From: Clostridia bacterium
GTDB taxonomy: Bacteria; Bacillota; Peptococcia; Peptococcales; BICA1-8
Direction: 5' to 3'
NCBI GenBank assembly: GCA_012720075.1
Contig: JAAXZE010000031.1
Coordinates: forward strand, 1 to 43,784
DNA length: 43,784 nt
Below the pieces are notes generated by a model. The model did no database searches. It was not told the origin of the DNA and worked only from the letters and a program-made list of their open reading frames with translations. A program made the position numbers and the translations under genes. Shown in pieces: positions 36,441-43,784 of the stretch (positions are counted from its first letter, which is position 1; each line of letters opens with the position of its first letter).

Positions 36441-36554
36441 AAGGAAGGTTAAGGTTGAGGTTAAGGTTAAGTTTTTTTGTTGTCATCAACTTGTGCTCTA
36501 AATGTCACTTTTTTCTTCATCCTTAATCTAGCGAAGCGAAACCTTAACCTTGAA
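36441..36554. repeat. Intergenic GGTTAAGG-rich element with inverted arms; contains one copy of a 24-nt dispersed repeat
   Basis: AAGGAAGGTTAAGGTTGAGGTTAAGGTTAAG at 36441-36471 and the complementary ACCTTAACCTT at 36541-36551. 36528-36551 is the exact reverse complement of 43630-43653. Confidence 0.8.
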
Positions 36555-36575
36555 GCGGTAAAGCCGTTTCAGCTC

Positions 36576-36604
36576 TTGACTACCAAATAAGGATATAGTA
36601 TACT
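36576..36604 (+). promoter_or_regulatory. Sigma-A promoter of the rplU-prp-rpmA operon
   Basis: TTGACT, a 17-nt spacer, then TATACT. Confidence 0.7.
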
Positions 36605-36714
36605 CTTTTATTGTAGGCAGTAGACTGTTCTGCTGCCGAAACCGCACGAATCGGGTTCCAAAAGCTATTAACGCTACCCGGATTTGGCGAGTATGGGATA
36701 GGGAGGTGTAACTA
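36605..36714 (+). ncRNA. Probable ribosomal protein L21 leader (cis-regulatory 5' UTR)
   Basis: A leader of about 110 nt between the promoter and the rplU GTG, with the hairpin GGCAGTAGA-ctgt-TCTGCTGCC. Position matches the L21-leader element known in Firmicutes. No covariance model was run. Confidence 0.45.
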
Positions 36715-37026
36715 GTGTACGCTATCATTGAAACAGGCGGTAAACAGTATAAGGTTCAAGAAGGCGATAGCTTAAAGGTTGAGCTTTTAGATGCTGAAGT
36801 CGGTCAAACTGTTGAAATTGACAAGGTTTTAATGGTAAACAAGGATGGTCAGGTTAAAGTTGGTAATCCTTTTGTTGCCGGCGCTAAAGTAGCTTTAAAG
36901 GTTCAAGAGCATGGCAAAGGCAAAAAGATTGTGGTCTTTAAGTATAAGCCTAAAAAGAATTACCGCAGGAAACAAGGTCATCGTCAACCATATACAAAAG
37001 TAGTAGTAGAAAAGATTTATGCGTAA
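36715..37026 (+). CDS. rplU: 50S ribosomal protein L21
   Basis: [18 protein letters not shown]...; GTG start after GGGAGGTG. Confidence 0.95.
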   Translation: MYAIIETGGKQYKVQEGDSLKVELLDAEVGQTVEIDKVLMVNKDGQVKVGNPFVAGAKVALKVQEHGKGKKIVVFKYKPKKNYRRKQGHRQPYTKVVVEKIYA

Positions 37027-37031
37027 GTATT

Positions 37032-37382
37032 ATGATAAAAGCCGTTATTTTTCGAGATGCTCAAGAATCCTTGGTTGGTTTTGATATATCCGGTCATGCG
37101 GGTTATGCTGAAAGAGGTCAGGACATTGTATGTGCCGCCGTTTCCTTTCTGGCTACTACGACAGTTAACAGCCTGAACGAGCAGTTAAAGGTTTCACCCC
37201 ACTATGAGGTTGATGAAGCGGTTGGACACCTGCATTGTTGCCTCGTGCTGGAAAAGATGGACCGCGGTGACCTGGAAAAAGCCCAAGTTATCTTGAAAAC
37301 CCTGGAAATAGGTTTAAAGTCGTTGGAACAAGACTATGGAAAGTATATTAAGTTACAACAGAGGAGGTGGACAAAATGTTAA
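37032..37382 (+). CDS. prp: Ribosomal-processing cysteine protease Prp (YsxB family)
   Basis: GHAGY...DIVCAAVS catalytic His/Cys pattern. Lies between rplU and rpmA. Confidence 0.9.
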   Translation: MIKAVIFRDAQESLVGFDISGHAGYAERGQDIVCAAVSFLATTTVNSLNEQLKVSPHYEVDEAVGHLHCCLVLEKMDRGDLEKAQVILKTLEIGLKSLEQDYGKYIKLQQRRWTKC

Positions 37383-37666
37383 AGCTTAACCTTCAGTTGT
37401 TTGCATCTAAAAAAGGTGTTGGTAGCTCCAAAAACGGACGGGATAGCGAAGCTAAACGTCTTGGCGTAAAGAAACATGACGGTCAGTTCGTTTTAGCCGG
37501 CAATATCATCGTCAGACAAAGGGGCACTAAGATCCACCCCGGTGACAATGTCGGTATCGGCGGAGATGATACTTTATTCGCATTAACCGATGGTATTGTT
37601 AAATTCGAACGCAAGGGTAAAACCAGAAAGCAAGTGAGCATAATACCTGAAACTGCAATTAGCTGA
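37376..37666 (+). CDS. rpmA: 50S ribosomal protein L27, with the Prp-cleavable N-terminal extension
   Basis: [35 protein letters not shown] 37376 follows GAGGAGGTG. The ORF track starts at 37367. Confidence 0.95.
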   Translation: MLKLNLQLFASKKGVGSSKNGRDSEAKRLGVKKHDGQFVLAGNIIVRQRGTKIHPGDNVGIGGDDTLFALTDGIVKFERKGKTRKQVSIIPETAIS

Positions 37667-37672
37667 TATAAG

Positions 37673-37699
37673 CCTGGCCCGGTTGGGTCAGGTTTTTTG
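37673..37699 (+). terminator. Rho-independent terminator after rpmA
   Basis: CCTGGCCC-ggtt-GGGTCAGG followed by T6. Confidence 0.75.
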
Positions 37700-37843
37700 T
37701 TTAACCATGTTTGAGCCGGCACAGCGTTGATAATTGTATGAATTTAACATGCTGGTTATTGTCACTTATGGATATGGACAAACGGCCAATTACTGATATA
37801 ATGGAAAAGCAAACATTATTTTACTTTTTGGAGGTCTTGAGAG

Positions 37844-38353
37844 GTGCAAGAGCTACTGGAAGAGCTGTTGGAAGCCAATCGTCATCAACGTCATGATTTT
37901 CTTAACCACTTACAGGTTATCTGGGGTTTTTTAAGAATTAAAAAGGAAGAAAGGGCAGTTCAATACATGCAGGATGTTACCGAATACCTGCAGGGTTTAA
38001 GGGAATTAAATAATTTTGCCAATATTCAATTAGCTGCCGATCTTACGGCCAAAGCTTTAAAACTGGGATTAATCAAAGGGTTTAGAATATCTGTCCCCGA
38101 GCCATGGGATACTAAAGATGAAAATATTCCAAAGGTTAGAGATTTTCTAAATGAATTTTGGGAAAGGCTTGTGCCCATTGTCAGCGACAGTGACATGAAT
38201 ATTAACTTAGTATTTACTAAAGGTAAAATTATTTTAGATGAGCATAATAAAAAGGAGGATTTTCCTTGGTCTGATTTTTGTGCCATAGGAGATAAATACG
38301 GCTATAAAAATCAGGTTGAGGATAATAAGCTTACTTATTGTATTGAAGGGTGA
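37844..38353 (+). CDS. spo0B: Spo0B-like sporulation phosphotransferase (SpoOB-type helical His domain; no ATP-binding boxes)
   Basis: The LLEANRHQRHDFLNHLQVIWGFL motif resembles the Spo0B/CitA-type phosphoacceptor helix. The C-terminal domain lacks N/G1/G2 boxes. It sits between rpmA and obg, as spo0B does in Bacillus. GTG start. Confidence 0.6.
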   Translation: MQELLEELLEANRHQRHDFLNHLQVIWGFLRIKKEERAVQYMQDVTEYLQGLRELNNFANIQLAADLTAKALKLGLIKGFRISVPEPWDTKDENIPKVRDFLNEFWERLVPIVSDSDMNINLVFTKGKIILDEHNKKEDFPWSDFCAIGDKYGYKNQVEDNKLTYCIEG

Positions 38354-38362
38354 TAAATAAAC

Positions 38363-39637
38363 ATGTTCTATGATTATGCCAAAATACATGTCAAAGCCGG
38401 AGACGGCGGGAACGGGGTTGTGGCTTTCCGGCGGGAAAAATATGTTCCCTATGGAGGCCCTTCCGGTGGAGACGGTGGCGACGGCGGCAGTATAATTCTA
38501 GAAGCCGATGAGGGTTTGAGGACTTTGGTGGATTTTCGCTATCGTACCCATTATAAAGCGGACAGGGGCGAGCACGGTTCCGGTAAAAATCAGCATGGCA
38601 AAAATGCCCCGGATAAAATATTAAAGGTTCCTGTCGGAACGGTGATTAAAGACGCTGAAAACAATAGGATCATTGCCGACTTAACCAAACCTGGACAGCA
38701 AGTAGTGGTTGCCAAAGGAGGAAGGGGCGGACGAGGCAATGCCCGTTTTGTCAGTTCTACCCATAGAGTTCCTACTTTAGCGGAAAACGGCGATCCCGGC
38801 GAAGAGCGGTGGATTATTTTAGAACTCAAGCTTTTAGCGGATGTTGGTTTAGTAGGTTTTCCCAATGTTGGCAAATCGACCTTGATTTCTCGGGTATCAG
38901 AGGCAAAACCTAAAATTGCCGATTATCATTTTACCACCATTACCCCCAACTTGGGTGTGGTAAGAGTGGATGAGGGCAGGAGCTTTGTCATGGCCGACAT
39001 TCCGGGTCTTATTGAAGGTGCTGCCCAAGGTGCCGGCCTGGGGCATAGATTTTTAAGGCATGTCGAACGGACTAAAGTTTTGGTACATGTACTGGATATC
39101 TCCGGTTCCGAAGGCAGGAACCCTTTGGAGGATTTTCGCATAGTAAATAATGAATTAAAGGAATATAGCCAATTATTGATCAAGAGGCCCATGATAATTG
39201 CTGCAAATAAAATAGATTTACCTGGAGCGGAAAATAATTTAAAATTAATTAAGGAAGAGTTAAAAGAGTATGAAATTTTTCCAATTTCAGCAGCTACCGG
39301 CGAGGGTCTCAAAAGCCTGATTTACCGTCTGGCTGACCTCTTAGATGAAACGGAGGACGTAGATGAAGTTCCTCAGGTAGAAGAGGAACAAATGCGGATG
39401 ATTAAAGTAGAGGATGAGCCAAAATTCTTTATTGAAAAAGAAGGGAATGTCTTTATAGTCAGCGGGCCTGAAGTAGATAAGCATTGGGCCAGGACTAATT
39501 TTAACAATGAAGAAGCGGTTAAAAGGTTTTTGCAAATTCTCGACGCAATGGGAGTTGTAAAAGAATTAAGGAACAGAGGAGCTAAGGACGGTGATGTTGT
39601 ACGGGTTAATAACTTGGAATTTGATTTTGTAGATTAG
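38363..39637 (+). CDS. obg: GTPase Obg/CgtA
   Basis: Glycine-rich Obg fold (GGDGGDGGS, GGRGGRGN). G domain GFPNVGKST, DIPGLIEGA, NKID. C-terminal OCT domain. Confidence 0.95.
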   Translation: MFYDYAKIHVKAGDGGNGVVAFRREKYVPYGGPSGGDGGDGGSIILEADEGLRTLVDFRYRTHYKADRGEHGSGKNQHGKNAPDKILKVPVGTVIKDAENNRIIADLTKPGQQVVVAKGGRGGRGNARFVSSTHRVPTLAENGDPGEERWIILELKLLADVGLVGFPNVGKSTLISRVSEAKPKIADYHFTTITPNLGVVRVDEGRSFVMADIPGLIEGAAQGAGLGHRFLRHVERTKVLVHVLDISGSEGRNPLEDFRIVNNELKEYSQLLIKRPMIIAANKIDLPGAENNLKLIKEELKEYEIFPISAATGEGLKSLIYRLADLLDETEDVDEVPQVEEEQMRMIKVEDEPKFFIEKEGNVFIVSGPEVDKHWARTNFNNEEAVKRFLQILDAMGVVKELRNRGAKDGDVVRVNNLEFDFVD

Positions 39638-39678
39638 CTTACCTATTAAATCTTTTTTGAGGAGGAGTTTTTGCGGCC

Positions 39679-39867
39679 ATGGAATGTATTGGCTGTGGCA
39701 ACTGTCAACAAGGTGAAGCCACTTATTATTGTGTTATGCGTAATGGTTTTGTTGTGGCGGAGCAATCTACACCCAGAGAGAAGGTCAGAACTTCTAACTG
39801 GAAAAAAGGTGACCCGCAATATGAAAAACACCGTCGCTCACGTCGGGATTTGGAAAAAATAGGATAA
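39679..39867 (+). CDS. Small Cys-containing hypothetical protein (62 aa)
   Basis: MECIGCGNC...YYC gives a CxxCxxC...C pattern, with a basic C-terminus. It is followed by a strong terminator. The competing frame 39671-39862 looks less protein-like. Confidence 0.4.
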   Translation: MECIGCGNCQQGEATYYCVMRNGFVVAEQSTPREKVRTSNWKKGDPQYEKHRRSRRDLEKIG

Positions 39868-39874
39868 CGTAAGG

Positions 39875-39899
39875 AGCCGGCTGAAGAAGCCGGCTTTTT
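39875..39899 (+). terminator. Rho-independent terminator
   Basis: AGCCGGCT-gaaga-AGCCGGCT followed by TTTT. Confidence 0.8.
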
Positions 39900-40007
39900 A
39901 AAATATTTCTTTTTGTACTATTTTTGCTAACTTATGCTATAATATTAGTACTATACCCTCAAGGAGGTGGAGATGCTGGAACAAATATTTCTTGTTCCGG
40001 CAGATGA

Positions 40008-40301
40008 ATGTTAACTGGTAAACAAAGGCGCTTCTTGCGTGCCTTAGGTAACGCTTTAGACCCCATAGTTCAAATTGGTAAAGGAGGAGTTACGGATAGT
40101 GTTATTTTTTCACTAAACGAAGCTTTGACTGCCAGGGAACTGGTCAAAGCGAGGGTTCTAAAGAACTGTTTGGAGGAAGTCAAGGACGTAGCCCAAAAAC
40201 TTACTGCAGCAACTAATTCCTACCTGGTCCAAATCATCGGACGAAACATTATCCTTTATCGTCCTTCGGAAGATAAGCCTTTGATCGAACTGCCCAAGTA
40301 G
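40008..40301 (+). CDS. yhbY: YhbY/CRS1-type RNA-binding ribosome assembly protein
   Basis: MLTGKQRRFLRALGNALDPIVQIGKGGVTDSV...EL.K.RVL is typical of YhbY/YqeI. Confidence 0.9.
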   Translation: MLTGKQRRFLRALGNALDPIVQIGKGGVTDSVIFSLNEALTARELVKARVLKNCLEEVKDVAQKLTAATNSYLVQIIGRNIILYRPSEDKPLIELPK

Positions 40302-40342
40302 AGATCTTTAAATATAGCCGATAGCTTATAGTATAATTACTA

Positions 40343-40371
40343 TTGACTATTGGCTATTATTTTATTATATA
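40343..40371 (+). promoter_or_regulatory. Candidate sigma-A promoter for proBA
   Basis: TTGACT, a 17-nt spacer, then TATATA. Confidence 0.4.
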
Positions 40372-40411
40372 TACTTGCTTATTATGGGGAAGGTTTGGTG
40401 AAGTTTAAGAA

Positions 40412-41551
40412 ATGGTGGAACGGGATAGTTTTAAAGAATTAATTATCAAGGCCCGGAGGATTGTGATTAAAGTAGGCACAAGTACTTTAACCCATAGTAC
40501 GGGTAAATTAAATCTTGCTCTCATTGAAAAGCTGGTAAGGCAATTAACCGATTTGAGCCATCAAGGAAAGGAAGTATTGCTGGTTACCTCCGGCGCCGTC
40601 GGGGCCGGCATGGGCAAACTGGGTTTAAAGGAAAAACCTAAAACCATTCCTGAAAAACAGGCGGCGGCTGCTGTGGGCCAGGGCATTATCATGCATATTT
40701 ATGAAAAATTATTTTCCGAATATGGTCTGGTTGTGGCCCAGTTACTGTTAACTAGGGCCGACATGACCGACCGGAGACGGTTTTTAAACGCCCGGAATAC
40801 CCTATTGACCCTATTAAACAAAGGGGTTGTTCCTATAATCAATGAAAACGACACCGTTGCCATTGAGGAAATTAAATTTGGCGATAACGACACCTTGGGC
40901 GCCCTTGTGGCCGGATTGGTTGATGCTGATTTACTAATTTTATTGTCGGACATAGAAGGTTTGTATACGGGTGATCCCCGGAAGGATAAAAATGCCCAAC
41001 TGATTCCTATTGTTGAAGAGATAACCGCTGAGATCCAGGGTTTGGCTGGAAACGCCGGAACAAAATTCGGAAGCGGGGGAATGTCTACCAAAATTTCCGC
41101 CGCCAAAATTGCCGTTAATGCCGGAATACCTATGATAATAGCCAACGGCAGCCGGCCTGATGTTATCAGAGAAATCTGCGCAGGCAGCCCCATAGGTACT
41201 CTCTTTATACCCAGAGAGGTCAAACCCCATGCCCGCAAGAGCTGGATTGCCTTTGGCTCTGATGTCCAGGGCAAACTTTGGGTGGATGACGGTGCCCGCA
41301 AAGCCATAATCAATAACGGGAAAAGCCTTTTACCCAGTGGAATTAAAAGAGTGGAAGGCGACTTTACCTCCGGTCATGTGGTCAGCATCGTTGACCTGGA
41401 GGGTGTTGAGTTTGCCAGGGGCATTGTGAATTACAGCGCCGAAGAGCTGGAACTGATTAAGGGAATTCAAACCAAGGATATTGTTAATATCCTTGGTCAT
41501 AAGGATTATGATGAAGCAATACACAGGGATAACCTGGCCCTGCGGATATGA
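40412..41551 (+). CDS. proB: Glutamate 5-kinase (with PUA domain)
   Basis: IVIKVGTSTLT, LVTSGAVGAG, INENDTV and FGDNDTL motifs. C-terminal PUA domain. Confidence 0.95.
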   Translation: MVERDSFKELIIKARRIVIKVGTSTLTHSTGKLNLALIEKLVRQLTDLSHQGKEVLLVTSGAVGAGMGKLGLKEKPKTIPEKQAAAAVGQGIIMHIYEKLFSEYGLVVAQLLLTRADMTDRRRFLNARNTLLTLLNKGVVPIINENDTVAIEEIKFGDNDTLGALVAGLVDADLLILLSDIEGLYTGDPRKDKNAQLIPIVEEITAEIQGLAGNAGTKFGSGGMSTKISAAKIAVNAGIPMIIANGSRPDVIREICAGSPIGTLFIPREVKPHARKSWIAFGSDVQGKLWVDDGARKAIINNGKSLLPSGIKRVEGDFTSGHVVSIVDLEGVEFARGIVNYSAEELELIKGIQTKDIVNILGHKDYDEAIHRDNLALRI

Positions 41552-41565
41552 AAGGTGGGAGTAAA

Positions 41566-42819
41566 ATGATTATTAATGAGTTAATTACCAAAGGTGCTCT
41601 GGCCAAAGAGGCGGCATATCGCCTGGGCTTAGTCAGCCCGAAAGTTAAAGATGAGGCTTTGCTGAAAATGGCAGAGGATTTGGAAGCCAGGTGTGATGAA
41701 ATTTTAACCGCCAATGGGCTGGATATGGAAAAAGCAAAAGAAAAGAACCTTTCCAAATCATTCCTGGACCGCCTTTTATTGACCGAAAAACGGGTAAAGG
41801 AAATGGCTGAGGGTTTAAGGGCCATTACCAAGCTCAGTGATCCTGTAGGGGAAATAGAAAGCATGTGGACAACTGCCCATGGTCTGCAGGTGGGCAAGAT
41901 GCGGGTCCCCTTAGGCGTGGTGGGTATCATTTATGAAGCACGGCCCAATGTTACCGTAGATGCTGCCGGTTTATGCTTAAAATCCGGCAATGCCGTCATT
42001 TTACGAGGCAGTTCCGATGCTATCAATTCAAATCTGAAAATTACGGAAATTATAAGTACCAGTGTGGAAAAAGTCGGTCTTCCCCGGGGATCCATTCAGT
42101 TAATTGAAGATACCGGACGGGAAGTAGTCAACCAGTTTATGAAGTTAAATGAATACCTGGATGTTTTAATCCCCAGAGGCGGAGCCGGCTTAATAAAAAG
42201 TGTGGTGGAGAATGCCACCGTACCGGTCATTGAAACGGGAGTCGGCAACTGCCATGTTTATGTAGATGCCGAAGCCGATCTCAAAATGGCTGAAGATATC
42301 ATTATCAATGCCAAAACCCAGCGGCCCGGAGTATGTAATGCTGCGGAGACTTTACTGGTTCATAAGGATATTGCTGAAAAATTCCTGCCTTCGGTGGGGC
42401 AAAAACTGCGGGACTTAGGTGTTGAATTAAGGGCTTGTCCCATGGCTCAAAAAATGCTCCCTGAAAGCATCTTGGCTACCGAAGAAGATTTTGCCACGGA
42501 ATTTTTAGACTTAATATTGGCTGTAAAAGTGGTAGAGGATATGGATGAGGCATTGGAACATATCCGCAAATACGGAACTAAACATTCGGAGGCCATAGTT
42601 ACCAATGATTACCGGAGGGCACTGCTATTCCAACGGGCTGTGGATGCAGCGGCTGTTTATGTCAATGCTTCCACCAGATTTACCGACGGATTTCAATTTG
42701 GTTTTGGAGCCGAAATCGGTATCAGTACCCAGAAGCTTCATGCCCGGGGTCCTATGGGCTTAAGAGAGCTTACCAGCTATAAATATATAGTATTTGGCGA
42801 CGGGCAAGTAAGGAGTTAA
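41566..42819 (+). CDS. proA: Gamma-glutamyl phosphate reductase
   Basis: IYEARPNVTVDAAGLCLKSGNAVILRGS, NCHVYVD, VCNAAETLLVH and HSEAIVT motifs. ATG 41566 follows AGGTGGGAG. The ORF track starts at 41548. Confidence 0.95.
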   Translation: MIINELITKGALAKEAAYRLGLVSPKVKDEALLKMAEDLEARCDEILTANGLDMEKAKEKNLSKSFLDRLLLTEKRVKEMAEGLRAITKLSDPVGEIESMWTTAHGLQVGKMRVPLGVVGIIYEARPNVTVDAAGLCLKSGNAVILRGSSDAINSNLKITEIISTSVEKVGLPRGSIQLIEDTGREVVNQFMKLNEYLDVLIPRGGAGLIKSVVENATVPVIETGVGNCHVYVDAEADLKMAEDIIINAKTQRPGVCNAAETLLVHKDIAEKFLPSVGQKLRDLGVELRACPMAQKMLPESILATEEDFATEFLDLILAVKVVEDMDEALEHIRKYGTKHSEAIVTNDYRRALLFQRAVDAAAVYVNASTRFTDGFQFGFGAEIGISTQKLHARGPMGLRELTSYKYIVFGDGQVRS

Positions 42820-42931
42820 TGGAGAATTGAGAATGGAGAGTTAAGAATTATATAGAGTATTTAGTACTTGCAGTAACTATGGTAGCTATAATAGCAACTT
42901 TTTTTACAGACTAAAATTTTCGAGGTGTAAA

Positions 42932-43558
42932 ATGGAGAACACAGAGAGAAAGGCATTAGGGATTATGGGGGGGACATTTGACCCCATTCATTATGGTCAT
43001 TTGGTTACAGCGGAAGTAGTGCGAAGCGAATTTAATCTGGAAAAGGTTTATTTTGTACCTTCCGGTAATCCTCCCCATAAAGATCCCGTTAAGGTTACCG
43101 ATTCCCAGCATCGGTATTTAATGACCATCCTGGCCATTACAACTAATAAATACTTTGAGGCATCTTCCATTGAGGTTGACCGGATAGGAAAATCGTATAC
43201 CTACGATACGGTGAAATATTTTAAAGAAAATTATCCTGAATATGATATATACTTTATAACGGGCGCTGATGCCATTAAAGAAATTTTGACCTGGCACCGG
43301 GTCGAAGAATTATTGGATCTTTGTTACTTTGTGGCTGCCACCCGCCCCGGTTATGACCTGGAGGACTTAAAAAAGAAAGAATTAAAAGTTTTACCAAAAG
43401 CTTATTTAGAACGGATAACTATTATTGAAGTTCCTGCCATGGCTATTTCTTCTACGGGAATCAGAAAAAGGGTGCGGGAAGGAAAACCAATTAAGTATCT
43501 TCTCCCGGAAGCGGTGGAACATTATATTTATAAGAAAGGGCTTTATATCGGGAAATAA
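42932..43558 (+). CDS. nadD: Nicotinate-nucleotide adenylyltransferase
   Basis: [15 protein letters not shown] (the HxGH nucleotidyltransferase motif) and [10 protein letters not shown]. Confidence 0.95.
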   Translation: MENTERKALGIMGGTFDPIHYGHLVTAEVVRSEFNLEKVYFVPSGNPPHKDPVKVTDSQHRYLMTILAITTNKYFEASSIEVDRIGKSYTYDTVKYFKENYPEYDIYFITGADAIKEILTWHRVEELLDLCYFVAATRPGYDLEDLKKKELKVLPKAYLERITIIEVPAMAISSTGIRKRVREGKPIKYLLPEAVEHYIYKKGLYIGK

Positions 43559-43629
43559 TTTTGGAAGCAAGTGACATCGTGACATCTGTTACTGAAGGAG
43601 CTGTGCTCCGTTCAACAGTTCTACAAAAA

Positions 43630-43653
43630 AAGGTTAAGGTTTCGCTTCGCTAG
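43630..43653. repeat. Copy of the 24-nt dispersed repeat AAGGTTAAGGTTTCGCTTCGCTAG
   Basis: Exact reverse-complement match to 36528-36551. A related copy lies at 29079-29111. Confidence 0.85.
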
Positions 43654-43665
43654 GTTATAGAGATG

Positions 43666-43760
43666 TTGCATCCGATGAAAGTTAGTCTCTTGGGATGCAT
43701 CTAATCTCAAGCTAAATGTATGATGCATCCGATGCATGCCAATTTAAATCTGATGCATCC
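43666..43760. repeat. Cluster of five (G/T)ATGCAT(C/G)C sites
   Basis: TTGCATCC 43666-43673, GATGCATC 43694-43701, GATGCATCC 43722-43730, GATGCATGC 43731-43739, GATGCATCC 43752-43760. Confidence 0.8.
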
Positions 43761-43784
43761 CAAAAAAGTTACCCAAAAGATGAG

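Noticed and set aside
36441-36554. The GGTTAAGG repeats or the ATGCATCC cluster (43666-43760) as a CRISPR array.
   Set aside because: The repeat units are only 8-24 nt. They are not regularly spaced by unique spacers of uniform length, and no cas genes lie nearby.
37711-37896. A 61-aa ORF between rpmA and the spo0B-like gene.
   Set aside because: It starts inside or just after the rpmA terminator region and has no RBS. It overlaps the better-supported Spo0B-like ORF start and shows no recognisable motif.
39671-39862. The alternative 63-aa frame overlapping the small Cys-rich ORF.
   Set aside because: The two frames are mutually exclusive. The 39679 frame has a CxxCxxC pattern and a charged, protein-like C-terminus. 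The choice remains uncertain, so the kept ORF has low confidence.
40302-40411. A T-box or other riboswitch leader upstream of proBA (Bacillus proBA is T-box regulated).
   Set aside because: The intergenic region is only about 110 nt and AT-rich. It has a plausible promoter, no specifier/antiterminator architecture and no terminator hairpin.

Overview
A 43.8-kb chromosomal window from a low-GC, apparently spore-forming Firmicute. The rng / rplU-prp-rpmA / spo0B-like / obg / yhbY / proBA / nadD synteny looks Clostridia-type. No integrase, transposase, CRISPR array, tRNA or rRNA was seen.

(1) 38-14099: 17 tightly packed co-directional genes form a glycyl-radical-enzyme bacterial microcompartment (BMC) locus of the choline-utilisation (cut / GRM1) type.
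- Enzymes: choline trimethylamine-lyase CutC, whose active-site residues sit at the numbering I recall for characterised CutC; its activase CutD; two acylating aldehyde dehydrogenase paralogs; and PduL.
- Accessory proteins: EutJ-, EutP/PduV-, EutQ- and PduS-like.
- Seven shell proteins: 3 BMC-H (one with a C-terminal extension), 2 permuted BMC-H, 1 PduT-like BMC-T and 1 BMC-P.

(2) 14.3-18.6 kb: a BCCT (choline-type) transporter, a LysR regulator, a DMT-type permease and a small wHTH-like ORF.

(3) 18.6-29 kb: an OmpR/HisKA two-component pair, small membrane proteins, an internally duplicated double P-loop ATPase, a MarR + MFP + RND efflux operon and a degenerate LytM/M23 membrane protein.

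(4) 29.2-31 kb, minus strand: an amt-glnK operon whose leader carries two terminator-like hairpins.

(5) 31.4-43.6 kb: a housekeeping block with radical SAM TIGR03960/TIGR03936-type genes, RNase G/E, a metallophosphoesterase, the L21 leader with rplU-prp-rpmA, a Spo0B-like phosphotransferase, obg, yhbY, proB, proA and nadD.

The observations I consider most worth follow-up:
- The aldehyde dehydrogenase directly upstream of cutC has Ala in place of the catalytic Cys, while the second paralog keeps it. It may be an encapsulated pseudoenzyme.
- One BMC-H shell protein is fused to a SAP/HeH (Rho_N-like) domain.
- A permuted shell protein has a His-Cys-Pro pore loop.
- An orphan 211-aa BMC protein shares an N-terminal motif with the EutQ-like protein.
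- The amt leader carries tandem strand-specific attenuator-like hairpins.
- A 24-nt intergenic repeat is dispersed across the window, and an ATGCATCC site array lies at the window end.
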